Shown here: in pieces, positions 54,445 to 64,000 of the stretch
How the letters are laid out: the number at the start of each line of letters is the position of its first letter
Numbering within the stretch: position 1 is the stretch's first letter
NCBI GenBank assembly: GCA_973895155.1
Contig: OZ316898.1
Coordinates: forward strand, 188,751-252,750
Direction: 5' to 3'
DNA from: Marsupella aquatica
Taxonomy: Eukaryota > Plantae > Marchantiophyta
DNA: 64,000 nt
Notes under the pieces: model-generated
The model's database searches: none
Told to the model about the DNA's origin: nothing
The model's input: only the letters and a program-made list of their open reading frames with translations
Made by a program: the position numbers and the translations under genes

Positions 54445-57400
54445 TGTGGTGCGTCCCATGGCTCCCTAAACCCAAGAAACCCCCCAGCTCAAGCCGATTC
54501 CCGCAGGTTTCGTGCTTGGCGAGGCCGTTTCCGCGGCTTAGCGGCATGGGACGCTGCTAACCTTCTACTACTACTATTAACATTTTACACACATATACTA
54601 GACAGATCCTTCATCGGGTCATGAGATACGTAGCCGGCCTAATATAGGCATTCCCCTGTCTTCCCTTGTCTTCTTGTTAGGTATGTTTGGATTCCGCCGC
54701 CGGAATGATCCCCAATAGGCTTGGTTAAGCCGCTAAGACCTCTCTCAGCTCGACACATCCAACTCTCACTCCCCTGCTTACTTTCCTTCCTTCTGTTGAT
54801 GTGGGCACTCTTCACACAAGTTAATGCGACACACAAATAGCAAAATGACTCATTCTGACTGAGTCATACCATGCACTTGCCATACAAACAGTACATCTCA
54901 TACACAAGTTCTGCGAACTAAGCCGTGAGGCCAACTCTATTCAGCTCTTAGGCATGAGGAAACATGAATATACACAAGGGTCACTGTATGACTAACCGAG
55001 AGCTTCTCGTACTACTTGATCCCAGCCCGGCTGGTGCAAACTAAAAACTTGCTAAAGAAGAGGCCCTGAGCTCCCCGCTGCCCAGGTACTTATCCTGGTA
55101 GTGGATCCGCCATTCTTTGCATCGTAAGCCTAATCTACTTAACAGTAATCTACTTACCCGAATCTACCTATGTACAGCAAGGCAGGAGCACAAGTGTTGC
55201 TCCTACCAGTGGAACCGCAATCCCACTAAGCTAAGTGTCAGGGCCGCTCCTGGTTCTGATCCTAATCCTAAACGTGGAGATCCGCGCCCGCCCTGCCCAC
55301 TCACGCCTCCTCCCTCCACGTCCGCCCTCCCTAAAAGGAACGGCGCCCTTGCACCGTCACGACACCGGTGGTGGATCCTTAATGGACGCCCCCAACGCTT
55401 CCTCCTCAGCCACTGCCGTAGGTTCATTCTCTGACAGATTACCTGCCCTTGACTGAGTCAACTCTCCATCGGCCTGACTGGGTCCACCTTCGGCTTCAGT
55501 CTCGACACCGGCCTCGGCAATACCCACGGCTTCGGCCTCAGTCACTCCCTCGGCTTCGGCTTCAGCCACTCCCTCGGCTTCGGCCTCCCCTTCCCCTAGG
55601 GTAGTTGGATCCTTAGCCGTGACCCTGTCTGGGGTCGGTGCTGGGTCTACCTCCTTGATCACCACGGCCTGTGAAGTCGTATTACTCCTTGACCCTGAAG
55701 GTTTCCGCTTCTTCTTCGTTGGTGGCTCGGTAGCTGGTCCCTTCCCCTTCCCACTTACTTCCGGCACTGGTGCAGGTGGCGCGGCTTGTCCTTCGGCAAT
55801 TACCACCCCTGGTAACTGGTTTGTCCCAACGGGAGATGGACCTGCTGCAGCTAAGCATTTAAATACTGCGGCTTGTTTCTTCAGCCGCTCTGTTTGGTTG
55901 TCGGCCCGCCGCTGTAGGTTCTCCATCTTCCTCGTGATTTCCTCCAACTCCTCTTGGGTTTCATCCAGGTCCTTACGTGCCCCCTCCAGCTCGTTTTTGG
56001 CCTCCTCCTGCTCCCTGTGGGCTTCCTCCAATTCCTTCTTCAAGGTAGCCCTCTCCTCCTGGGTTGCTCTTAGCTCCTTGTCGAGCTCTGCAATGATGAC
56101 AGACTCCATCTGGTTCATCTTGGCGTAAGTCTGTTCGAGCATCTCGTCCTTCTCCCTTAGGTCGGCCTTGAAGCTGGCCGTCAGGGACGCAAGCTCCTGC
56201 TGCAGCGCCATAATCCCTTGATAGGATTTCCCTAACTCGACCTCCTTCTGCTCAAGGGCTCCGCGGATTTTCTCGAGCTCCCCTTTCAATGCCCATTCCT
56301 TTCTTTGGGTCTCCGCCATGGCCCGGCTGTTGGCTGTTATGTGGGCCTCCTCTGTATTCTTCAGCTCTTGCTTCCACTTCTCCCTCTCTTTGATCGTGTC
56401 GGCCAACTCTTCCTGCGTCTGAGTCAGTTTATCCTTGATATTCTGATTATCAGCCTGCGCGGTGTCCAACTGCCCCTGCATGATGTTCAGCTCATGTCGT
56501 TTAATCCGTAGTTCATCTTGGGCTTTCTTGGCCGCCCTTAGATCTTCAATCTCGGCTTCCATCCTCCTAAGCCGCCGAATGACCTCGTCCTTCTTGCTTC
56601 TCTCTAAAGCCACCGCTTCTTCTAATTGGTGCTTCTCCAACTGCTCCCTATGGAAAAAGGGTCCTACCTCCAACTCCTCTCCAAAGATGCCGAGCGCAAG
56701 TTCCCCACACATCTCACCATACTCCATGGCTCTATTCTTAGCGTAGGTGGAGTAAGTAGAAGTGATCGGCATCGCCCATCGTGGCCTCTGCTCCCACGCC
56801 GTCCTGCGGATCTCTTCAATCGTGGCTAGAGGTTTGCTTCCTTTTTCGGCTAGCCGCCTGATGTCCTCCGGCCAATCTCCTCCTGGTAAATCCTTTTCCT
56901 TAGCCAGGGCGGCCTCTTCCTCCTGCTTGATTCGCTCCTGAAATTCCTGCACCGTCTGTTTTATGCCGTCGAAGCTCGGGGGAGCAACATCTGGTGGGGG
57001 AGACTCAGGGCTACTCTGCTGGTTGGGGTCCCCTCGCACTACCCTTGGAAGTGTGGGGACAAACCGGCCACAGGTCCTTACTCCTGGAACGTGATGGTCC
57101 GACCCATAGCCGGAATTATCATGGCTGCAGTCCTCCACTGCCTCCTCTACCTCTTGGACGTCCGGCTTCTCCCTCTCCTCTTCGTCGGTAGGAGCTTCAG
57201 GCAATTCTGCCTCAGATTCGGAGCTTGAGGTTCCCACGTACATTCGAACACCTGGCTTGGATTCCGGCCTGATTCTCTCCTTGTCTCCAGCAAAGGGGTT
57301 TTCTCTTGTGAGCCGGTGTAGGCCTACCTCTGTAGTAGTGTCCTGCATTGTTGCCGTTGCCGTTGTTGTTGCCGATGCCGATTTCTTTTCTTTCTCCAGT

Positions 57401-59095
57401 AGTTTCAGCAGACTCTGCATGCCTGGTTGCTGCATCGGCAAGTCTTCCTTCCTGGGCCTAAACACCTGCTCGATCGTAGGACTAACAGGTGGTTGAGGCT
57501 TCTCAGCCAACGGCCTCGGTGTTGGAGCTTCCTCGGGTGCCCTTACCTGCAGGGGAAGTACCGGGGCAAAAGTCTTACCTCTGGCATACCGGCACAATAG
57601 CGGCATGTGATAGCCAAGCCGCGACACGCTCCCCATGCCGATTACCTGCTGCTCCTCCTTTAAGATCTTTTTCAATTGGTTGAGGAGGTACCCGTTGTAG
57701 TCCCGGCTTGGGTCTGGCCTTTCTGCCAGATAGACCTGTGCCTTGCCGATCTCTGCCCTCGGCAAGTTACAATGCATGGTCACCCGCAAGAAGTCGATCA
57801 TCTCTCCTATGTGCGGGTTGGTGCAGGTGTTCCGGAAGAAGCCATTCTTCGTTGATGGCCCGGGGAACGACCGGAACTCCTTGTCAGGCAAGGTCTTCCT
57901 GGTATCAACTTTGGTCTTATTGCCTATCGGCAAGCCAAACACTTCGGCAATTACCTTGGGAGTAAGATAGAAATCCTTCCCATATATCCTCGTGCAATTG
58001 GTCTCGGGTTCCCATGACCCCACGAATTCTAATAGGTCTGACTCCGGTACCTCCGGCTTCAGCCATGGTAATCTTACAAAGGCCTCCAAGCCGGATCCGG
58101 CCATGAAGCCTTGGTACTTCTTGGTCTGCATGGCCGTAAAGCATGCATCCTCCTCCCGTGCAAAATGTAGTTGCACCTCCACCGGTAGGGTTGCCGCCCA
58201 GCCCTTCCAGGTGTCATCCCTGGTTGGAATGGCCTTGATGGGATCGACCTCCTCCTCTTCGGCTTCTCCCTGCCTCCTGCTCTGCTGCTCGGCTGGCTTC
58301 TTTGGTGCCGCCGACCTCGTTCTTTTTGCCGGGGTGGCTTCATCGTTGACGGCCCCCTTCCTCTTCATCTCTGCTGCCGTGGAGGTTTCTCCTAGCACCG
58401 TTGCCTGGGTCCACCTTTCCGTGCTACCCTTTAATTCCCAGTGTATGTCGTTGCAGTTCTTGATGGCCTCTCGGATGCCGACGACGCTGTCTTTGCAAAA
58501 TAGAAGATCGTCGAGTTGATTGGAAGTAGGCGTCCACAGGAACTCGTCCTTGATGAGTTCGCCTCCTAAGAAAGCCGTCTTCTGCAGCTCCCACAATCGA
58601 GCGAGCTCCTGCCGTTCTCGAGCTGCCCTTTCTGACTCCTCGTCCTCGTAAGTCTTGATGTACTCAGTTGCCCGTTCGAACAGGCATCCCCAGAAATGTG
58701 CCGCTTGATTGACGTTGCTCATACCCTCCTTAGGTCGATCGTCGGTATCTATTCTCTCCCCGAGTGCTTGCCTAAGCAGCTGACAGTAGTTGGCCTCCCG
58801 TAGTCGTCTGCCTAGTTCGTGCTCGCAAATGAGCCACCATCTCCTGCAAGCGCTCCTTACCCCTCTCCTCTGCCGGTCCTTCTTCCCGTTGATCCTTCCT
58901 AGCCGCCGACGCTTAACGCGCCCTAACCCTAATCGGGTTTTCACCCTTAGCCTTACCTCCGGCCTCTGCCCGGGTTCCATGGTTGCCCCTAATTGTTTAT
59001 ATTTTCCTTGTTTTGTCACTATACTAAGGTGTTCCTAGGGTGCCTTCCTGCTTTACCCACTTAACCGGCCGAGTGATTCCTGTCTAGGCATCACA
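54445..59095 (-). repeat. 3' LTR of family X (4651 bp)
   Basis: TGTGATGCC start directly after the PPT, CACCACA end; boundaries coincide with the TSD-defined solo copy. Confidence 0.93.
55357..59019 (-). CDS. X-LTR-encoded 1220-aa protein, second intact copy
   Basis: Near-identical to 28012-31662; indels keep the frame. Confidence 0.9.
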   Translation of the reverse strand: MTKQGKYKQLGATMEPGQRPEVRLRVKTRLGLGRVKRRRLGRINGKKDRQRRGVRSACRRWWLICEHELGRRLREANYCQLLRQALGERIDTDDRPKEGMSNVNQAAHFWGCLFERATEYIKTYEDEESERAARERQELARLWELQKTAFLGGELIKDEFLWTPTSNQLDDLLFCKDSVVGIREAIKNCNDIHWELKGSTERWTQATVLGETSTAAEMKRKGAVNDEATPAKRTRSAAPKKPAEQQSRRQGEAEEEEVDPIKAIPTRDDTWKGWAATLPVEVQLHFAREEDACFTAMQTKKYQGFMAGSGLEAFVRLPWLKPEVPESDLLEFVGSWEPETNCTRIYGKDFYLTPKVIAEVFGLPIGNKTKVDTRKTLPDKEFRSFPGPSTKNGFFRNTCTNPHIGEMIDFLRVTMHCNLPRAEIGKAQVYLAERPDPSRDYNGYLLNQLKKILKEEQQVIGMGSVSRLGYHMPLLCRYARGKTFAPVLPLQVRAPEEAPTPRPLAEKPQPPVSPTIEQVFRPRKEDLPMQQPGMQSLLKLLEKEKKSASATTTATATMQDTTTEVGLHRLTRENPFAGDKERIRPESKPGVRMYVGTSSSESEAELPEAPTDEEEREKPDVQEVEEAVEDCSHDNSGYGSDHHVPGVRTCGRFVPTLPRVVRGDPNQQSSPESPPPDVAPPSFDGIKQTVQEFQERIKQEEEAALAKEKDLPGGDWPEDIRRLAEKGSKPLATIEEIRRTAWEQRPRWAMPITSTYSTYAKNRAMEYGEMCGELALGIFGEELEVGPFFHREQLEKHQLEEAVALERSKKDEVIRRLRRMEAEIEDLRAAKKAQDELRIKRHELNIMQGQLDTAQADNQNIKDKLTQTQEELADTIKEREKWKQELKNTEEAHITANSRAMAETQRKEWALKGELEKIRGALEQKEVELGKSYQGIMALQQELASLTASFKADLREKDEMLEQTYAKMNQMESVIIAELDKELRATQEERATLKKELEEAHREQEEAKNELEGARKDLDETQEELEEITRKMENLQRRADNQTERLKKQAAVFKCLAAAGPSPVGTNQLPGVVIAEGQAAPPAPVPEVSGKGKGPATEPPTKKKRKPSGSRSNTTSQAVVIKEVDPAPTPDRVTAKDPTTLGEGEAEAEGVAEAEAEGVTEAEAVGIAEAGVETEAEGGPSQADGELTQSRAGNLSENEPTAVAEEEALGASIKDPPPVS

Positions 59096-61048
59096 TAGCT
59101 CCCCACTTAATTGTGAAGCGTCCTCGCGAACAACTTCATCTTCGTCCATATAGTATTTCTTGAGGCGGTCATAATGGATGCGAACTGGATATACCTCTCC
59201 CGTAATGTTGGCCAATTGCACGGAGCCATTGGGGAACATCATGGTTACTCTAAAGGGTCCTAACCAGCGAGTGTAAAGCTTTCCTGGAAACCTACTATAC
59301 CTACTGTCATAAAGTAGCACAAGATCACCGGTATGAATACTAACTACTTTTAACCTTTTATCATACTGCTGCTTCTGTCTATATTCTACTCTCTCGGCTG
59401 AAATCATTCTCGCTTCCTCTAAAGCTTCTAACCTATATTCTCGCTCCTTTAGGCTCTCCTCCGCTGAGGCTCTTTCCTCAATTGTAACTTGAAATGTCGG
59501 TATCTCAAGTTGCATGGGTACCAGGGCTTCTTGTCCAAAGGTTAAGAAGAAGGGTGTATGACCGGTAGTGGATTTATAGGCAAGATTGTAAGCAAAAACA
59601 GCAGCAAACAATTTATCATCCCAATCGAGTTTGTTCTGAGCTACTGTCTTGTTCAATATCTTTCCTATGATTCCGTTTGCTCGTTCTGTCAACCCGTTTG
59701 CCTTTGGATGGTAGGGAGTAGTAGGCCTATGTTTAACTAAATACTGCTCATTTAAACGACTAATTATATCATTCAAAAAATGGGTTCCTCTATCACTAAC
59801 TAATTCTAGGGGTGCTCCATACCTGGTGAAGATCTGCTCATACATGAATCTAGCCGTAGTAATTGCATCATCCTTCGTTGTTGGTCTGGCCTCTACCCAT
59901 TTAGTTGCATAATCCGTAGCCAGGATTATGTACTTGTTCCGTCGAGGGTGGGTCAGTGGTTTCAGAGGTCCAATGTAATCAATACCCCACTTCTCGAATG
60001 GTGCCAGAGGTAGAATAGGGTGCAGTGGATGCCTGGTGGACGCCCTTGGTCCTCCCGCTCGTTGACAAGGATCGCATTGTTTGATAAACTGATAGACATC
60101 TTTGTGCAAGGTGGGCCACCAGTAACCGGCATTTAATATCTTCTTAGACGTGGTTACTGGGGAAAAATGTCCTCCGGCCTCCTCTCCATGCATGGCCCAT
60201 AGGACTCGTTTTACCTCTCTCTTTTCCAAACACCTTTGAATCGTGCCGTTGATTCCATGCTTGTGCAGTATGCCTTTAATGCACTGATACTGTCTGACCT
60301 TCCGCACAAAGACTGCGGCTTGCTCTCGGCTTAATCCTGGCTGTAATCTGGAAGTGCTGAGAAATTGTAAAATCTCAGGGTACCATGTACCAGCTATTTC
60401 CACAACGAATAGCTCCTCTTCGGGGAATCGATCATCGATGCAATCCGTGGCAGGTTTACCTGTGATCCTTGAAAAGAAGTCGGCATTGGCATGTAACTTT
60501 CCCGGCTTGATCCTCAGCTCATAGTCAAACTCCTGTAATAGCAAAATCCATCTTGCTACTCTGCCTGTAAGGTCCGGCTTATTGACTGGGTACTTCAAAC
60601 TTTCATGATCAATATGAAAGATTACCTTGTACCCTAGTAAATAATGTCTAAACTTTTTACAAGAATAAATGACTCCTAATGCTTCTCTTTCCGTGGTAGA
60701 GTAGTTCCGTTCGGCATCGGCAAGCTGACGGCTTGCGAAGTATATGGGATGGTCCCTTCCTTTCTCATCCAACTGACTTAGTACTGAGCCAATACAGAAG
60801 CCCGAGACATCTACAAAAACATGAAAATCTTTGTTCCAGTCCGGTGCTATCATGACTGGGGCCTCTACTAACATCTGCTTCAATTCTACCACCGCTGTGA
60901 CTCGTTCGGGTGTGGGTTCGAAGTCTGCTCCTGCCTTGAGCATATTGGTTAATGGTAAAGCTAGCTTGGCAAAATCCTTGATGAACCGGCGATAGTAACC
61001 AATGCATCCCAAGAAGGATCTTACATCCTTTATGTTCTTAGGTTGCAT
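59084..61048 (-). CDS. pol: Pol fragment: RT C-terminus, RNase H, integrase (HHCC, D,D35E, GPF), no chromodomain; 5' end interrupted
   Basis: VRSFLGCIGYYRRFI, ERNYSTTEREALG, H..GGH..CDPCQR, WGIDYIG/SDRGTHF/NGLTER, WLGPF. The stop codon lies inside the LTR. Confidence 0.95.
   Translation of the reverse strand: MQPKNIKDVRSFLGCIGYYRRFIKDFAKLALPLTNMLKAGADFEPTPERVTAVVELKQMLVEAPVMIAPDWNKDFHVFVDVSGFCIGSVLSQLDEKGRDHPIYFASRQLADAERNYSTTEREALGVIYSCKKFRHYLLGYKVIFHIDHESLKYPVNKPDLTGRVARWILLLQEFDYELRIKPGKLHANADFFSRITGKPATDCIDDRFPEEELFVVEIAGTWYPEILQFLSTSRLQPGLSREQAAVFVRKVRQYQCIKGILHKHGINGTIQRCLEKREVKRVLWAMHGEEAGGHFSPVTTSKKILNAGYWWPTLHKDVYQFIKQCDPCQRAGGPRASTRHPLHPILPLAPFEKWGIDYIGPLKPLTHPRRNKYIILATDYATKWVEARPTTKDDAITTARFMYEQIFTRYGAPLELVSDRGTHFLNDIISRLNEQYLVKHRPTTPYHPKANGLTERANGIIGKILNKTVAQNKLDWDDKLFAAVFAYNLAYKSTTGHTPFFLTFGQEALVPMQLEIPTFQVTIEERASAEESLKEREYRLEALEEARMISAERVEYRQKQQYDKRLKVVSIHTGDLVLLYDSRYSRFPGKLYTRWLGPFRVTMMFPNGSVQLANITGEVYPVRIHYDRLKKYYMDEDEVVREDASQLSGELCDA
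59096..59110 (-). other. Polypurine tract of family X, overlapping the end of pol
   Basis: ttaagtggggagcta immediately before TGTGATGCC. Confidence 0.8.
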
Positions 61049-62459
61049 GATATCTAGCCATACTGTGGTATGGGTGTCCCTGCAATTTTTTCTGGAAACT
61101 TGTTTATTTTTAGCATATCACAAGATTTACTTACACTTTAGACACCTTCCGGCCAACATTTACTTGTTCTGGACACTTATAGAAATATTTGACATCTCCG
61201 GCTTTCCTGACGATTCCTAGTGTACTTTGCCCGACGCTGTGACCAGCGCCCGTTTCTTTTACTCAAGACGCTGCGGAAGCGTCCAACCTCCTCATGACGC
61301 TTTTGGCAGTGCCCGACCGCCACCAAGACTCTATGAGGATTTCGACCGACGCTGTGGAAAGCGTCAGCTTCAACACACGACGCTGTGAGCAGCGTCCACC
61401 CTAGTATTGACGCTGTGAGCAGTGTGAGCAGCGTCCGTTGGTTTTACTTAAGACGCTTCTAGCAGCGTCCAGATTCTCCCGACGCTTCTAGCAGCGTCCG
61501 CTCAACACTTAGTTTTTGAAGTAGATTACTAGTAAAGTAGTATTCTACCACCCTTGTTGAAGTACTTATGCTGTGCTTCTCCCTTGTTTAGTTTTAAGCT
61601 TGGAAAGGCACGACTGTTCTTACCTCCTCCATTTTAGGATTCCAGCACTTATAAGACAGAGTAGAATGCTCATTTGAAGTAGAGAGAAATAGAGTTAATA
61701 CTGTATTCAGAATTGAGTCTTCTGAATAGTTTTCTCCTCCTTCCATTGTAACAAGGCATGCTGTGAGTGTTTTGTATGGAAGTAAAGCTATATTGATTGA
61801 AGTTAAGATTGAATTCAAGAGATTCCTGTGGTGATTGAATTCAGTTGCAGATTTCTGAAACTCGTATTGAATTCACTGCTAGGCTTGCTTGCAGAGTCGG
61901 GATTCGCTAGCCAATTCAAGAATAGTTAATGATAAATGAGAAGTAAATTCTGATTCTCAGAGTAGTTAGTACTGTTGCTTTGATTCTGGAATATGGTTTA
62001 GAGTTTGACTGAATTGCGTATCGCTGATGTCAAACCATGTTGACGGCATTTTAAATCATATCATTCATTTGCAATCAGAAAGCTTCTGCTTCATCAGATT
62101 GAGAATTCCATTATCATTAACCTTTGTGTTTTGAAGAGTGAGATGGATGAATTATGAGATAGATTTCATGTCTATACTGAGCCCAAATCCTTTCTGAAGG
62201 AGTGGCAATAGCAGTTTGTAGTCTCTAAATCCTTACTCATTTCTTCTCTAATTCATAAATCAGAAGTTCAGTTACTTTGTTGTTTGTTTATTCGATTTTT
62301 TTATTGAGAAGTGAAGTCAACATAGAGCTCAAGACTCTAAATCACTCGGAGTGATAAAAGTTATACAATTCATTCTGAAATCTGTTCTTAAAGGGATCGA
62401 AACCCTGGTTTTAGGTGAGGAGAGTCACTTTTGATACTTAGCACTATACGACATCTTTT

Positions 62460-62477
62460 TGGCGCCGCTGCCGGGGA
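62460..62477 (+). other. PBS complementary to the tRNA-Asp 3' end
   Basis: TGGCGCCGCTGCCGGGGA, one mismatch to the Athila-type TGGCGCCGTTGCCGGGGA. Confidence 0.88.
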
Positions 62478-63671
62478 ACGAATTTAAGATTGAATTGACG
62501 TACAGGCAGTGTATGCCAGAAGGAGCTAGACGGGAGAGGAATTCACGTTCTACTATAATTGTGAAGATGCGTCATCACTCCAGTTAAAAAGATGAAGAGC
62601 TTCCATTTCGAGGTGATGCCGTACTCTATCCAAAGCGCCCCGGAAGCTCTCTTAAGAGTATTGGAAAAATTTGTGGTGCCAAACTTAAGAGAAGAAACCG
62701 CCCTCCCACCAGAAAAGGCCTCACAGAGAGGAGCTGTTGCTCGTCAAGTTGCTTTGGAGATAGTCGAAGACACCAAAGACACTTTGAGTGACAAGTGAAG
62801 TTATTCTAACGTTGCTCGGGACGTATGATTTGTAAAATTGTCCAACCATCCTGGTTCGTGTGACCGATGCCACCTATCCGATCTTTGGGAACATTAAGAA
62901 TTAGGAATTTGAGGAATCGTTATGTTAATTCTTGGGTTCTGAGCCTGAGAGGGAGGAATGGCATACATTGGTTAACTATCACCTGGTGGGAAGATGAAAG
63001 TTTGCATTTAGTAATATTAAGGCTGAATGGTAGGATCACACAGGAGTGATATTTAGTCATTTCCATTCGGGAGTTAGCGGAAAGAATCATGCACCAGGAA
63101 TTGCGTAGAAGATTAGGAAGGAGTTAGACGTCTGATTAGTAGGATGGCCTAGTGTAGCGTACCATGTGGTAAAGAAATTTCAGGGTGAAGGAAGTCGGAG
63201 ATTATGGGGAACGCCCGGTTCCAGTAATCGCCACCGTAAAGGAGATAAGGAAGGACGCCGCGAAGAGCGTCCAATGCGATTCGTCCCAGAAGATTCCGCA
63301 AGTCAGGACGCTTCGAGTAGCGTCCGATCCCAGTGGACGCTGTGAGCAGCGTCCGGTGGAATCTGTGACGAACCAACGTGCGCGACGCTTCTGGTGTGCC
63401 TTTCCGCGTCTCAACCTGAAGGACGCACCAGAGAAAACGAGGTTTTAGAATCTCGGCTGGTCACTGAAGGGAAGTATTAGCTACGGGATAGCAAGGGGGA
63501 GGAATCATGCAAGGGATGTTGAACGACGCTACGGGAAGTCACTTTGAGGAAGCAGGTTCATATCTCCCGGAGTGGGGTGATAACGTCGCACCTAAATGGT
63601 GACTCCTTGCATAAAGACTCCTGAGGAGCGGGTCTGGTGTCTCAAAATCACCCGTGCTTGGAGAATGAGGA

Positions 63672-64000
63672 ATGTCTGAGGGAGATCCACCGAATAAAAG
63701 AAAACCTACCAAGACCTCCAGTAATTCGGATGCTGCAAAATTAGTAGTGACCCCTCGCACATTGTTACCCGAATTCCAGTCACCAGGAGCACCTGCACCG
63801 GGTAGTGTGTGGAAACAAGTGGGATCTATTCAAGAGGCAAGTGGCTCTTTGGAAAGGCCCACGTCGACCCGACCCCTGTTTGTAAATCTTCGTTCAGGTC
63901 CAAAACTTATTGGTTCTCAAAAGACCAAGCTCCGCCAGCAGATAGTACGTTCGGTGAACCAAATTGACTCTGGTGTGGATAGTACCACTGAGAGGGCCTT
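63672..64000 (+). CDS. Probable 5' end of gag or a 5' ORF (partial)
   Basis: ATG at 63672, open to the window end (MSEGDPPNKRKP...VNLRSG...), downstream of the PBS. Confidence 0.5.
   Translation, partial: MSEGDPPNKRKPTKTSSNSDAAKLVVTPRTLLPEFQSPGAPAPGSVWKQVGSIQEASGSLERPTSTRPLFVNLRSGPKLIGSQKTKLRQQIVRSVNQIDSGVDSTTERA

Larger units (their letters stand above)
54445..61047 (-). mobile_element. Family X Ty3/gypsy non-chromovirus retrotransposon: 3' part of pol, PPT and 3' LTR
   Basis: RT-RNase H-integrase order, then PPT, then a 4651-bp LTR matching the solo LTR at 27936-32583. Confidence 0.93.
61048..64000 (+). mobile_element. Athila-like Ty3/gypsy element (5' LTR about 61048-62456, PBS, leader, gag start) inserted antisense into the X pol
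   Basis: TGAT start at the point where pol is cut, tRNA-Asp PBS, ORF running off the window; LTR 3' edge uncertain by a few bp. Confidence 0.8.

Noticed and set aside
54184-54624. 146-aa ORF, or a deletion junction at 54444
   Set aside because: The junction is the exact X LTR end defined by the solo copy's TSD; the ORF is a chance chimera of two LTRs

Overview
Eukaryotic, transposon-dense land-plant DNA, most likely a moss (inferred from the PLS-DYW PPR style and element types). No rRNA, tRNA or CRISPR was seen. The one clear host gene is a 1501-aa PLS-type PPR-E-DYW organellar RNA factor (43459-47964, minus). Target-site duplications (TSDs) resolve the nested LTR elements. (i) A 4.1-kb non-autonomous copia-type element with identical 143-bp LTRs carries a BBR/BPC pseudogene. 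(ii) Three related Ty3/gypsy LTR families, called X, Y and Z here, are present; X (4.65 kb) and Y (4.0 kb) each encode a large protein of about 1220 or 880 aa entirely inside the LTR, so even solo LTRs keep the gene. (iii) An Athila-like element interrupts the pol of an X element. (iv) There is also a Mutator-like MITE and a CRE-like LINE remnant. The left 37 kb looks like large DNA-transposon-type cargo, although no transposase was recognised. It holds a decayed amino-DNA-methyltransferase-like gene, intact stand-alone EDM2-like PHD, double-BRCT and F-box genes, and a decayed helical-repeat/Ulp1 protease/FCP1-like phosphatase gene. The top candidates for a new system are the protein-coding LTRs and this chromatin/repair cargo cluster. 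Domain names come from remembered family motifs, not database searches.
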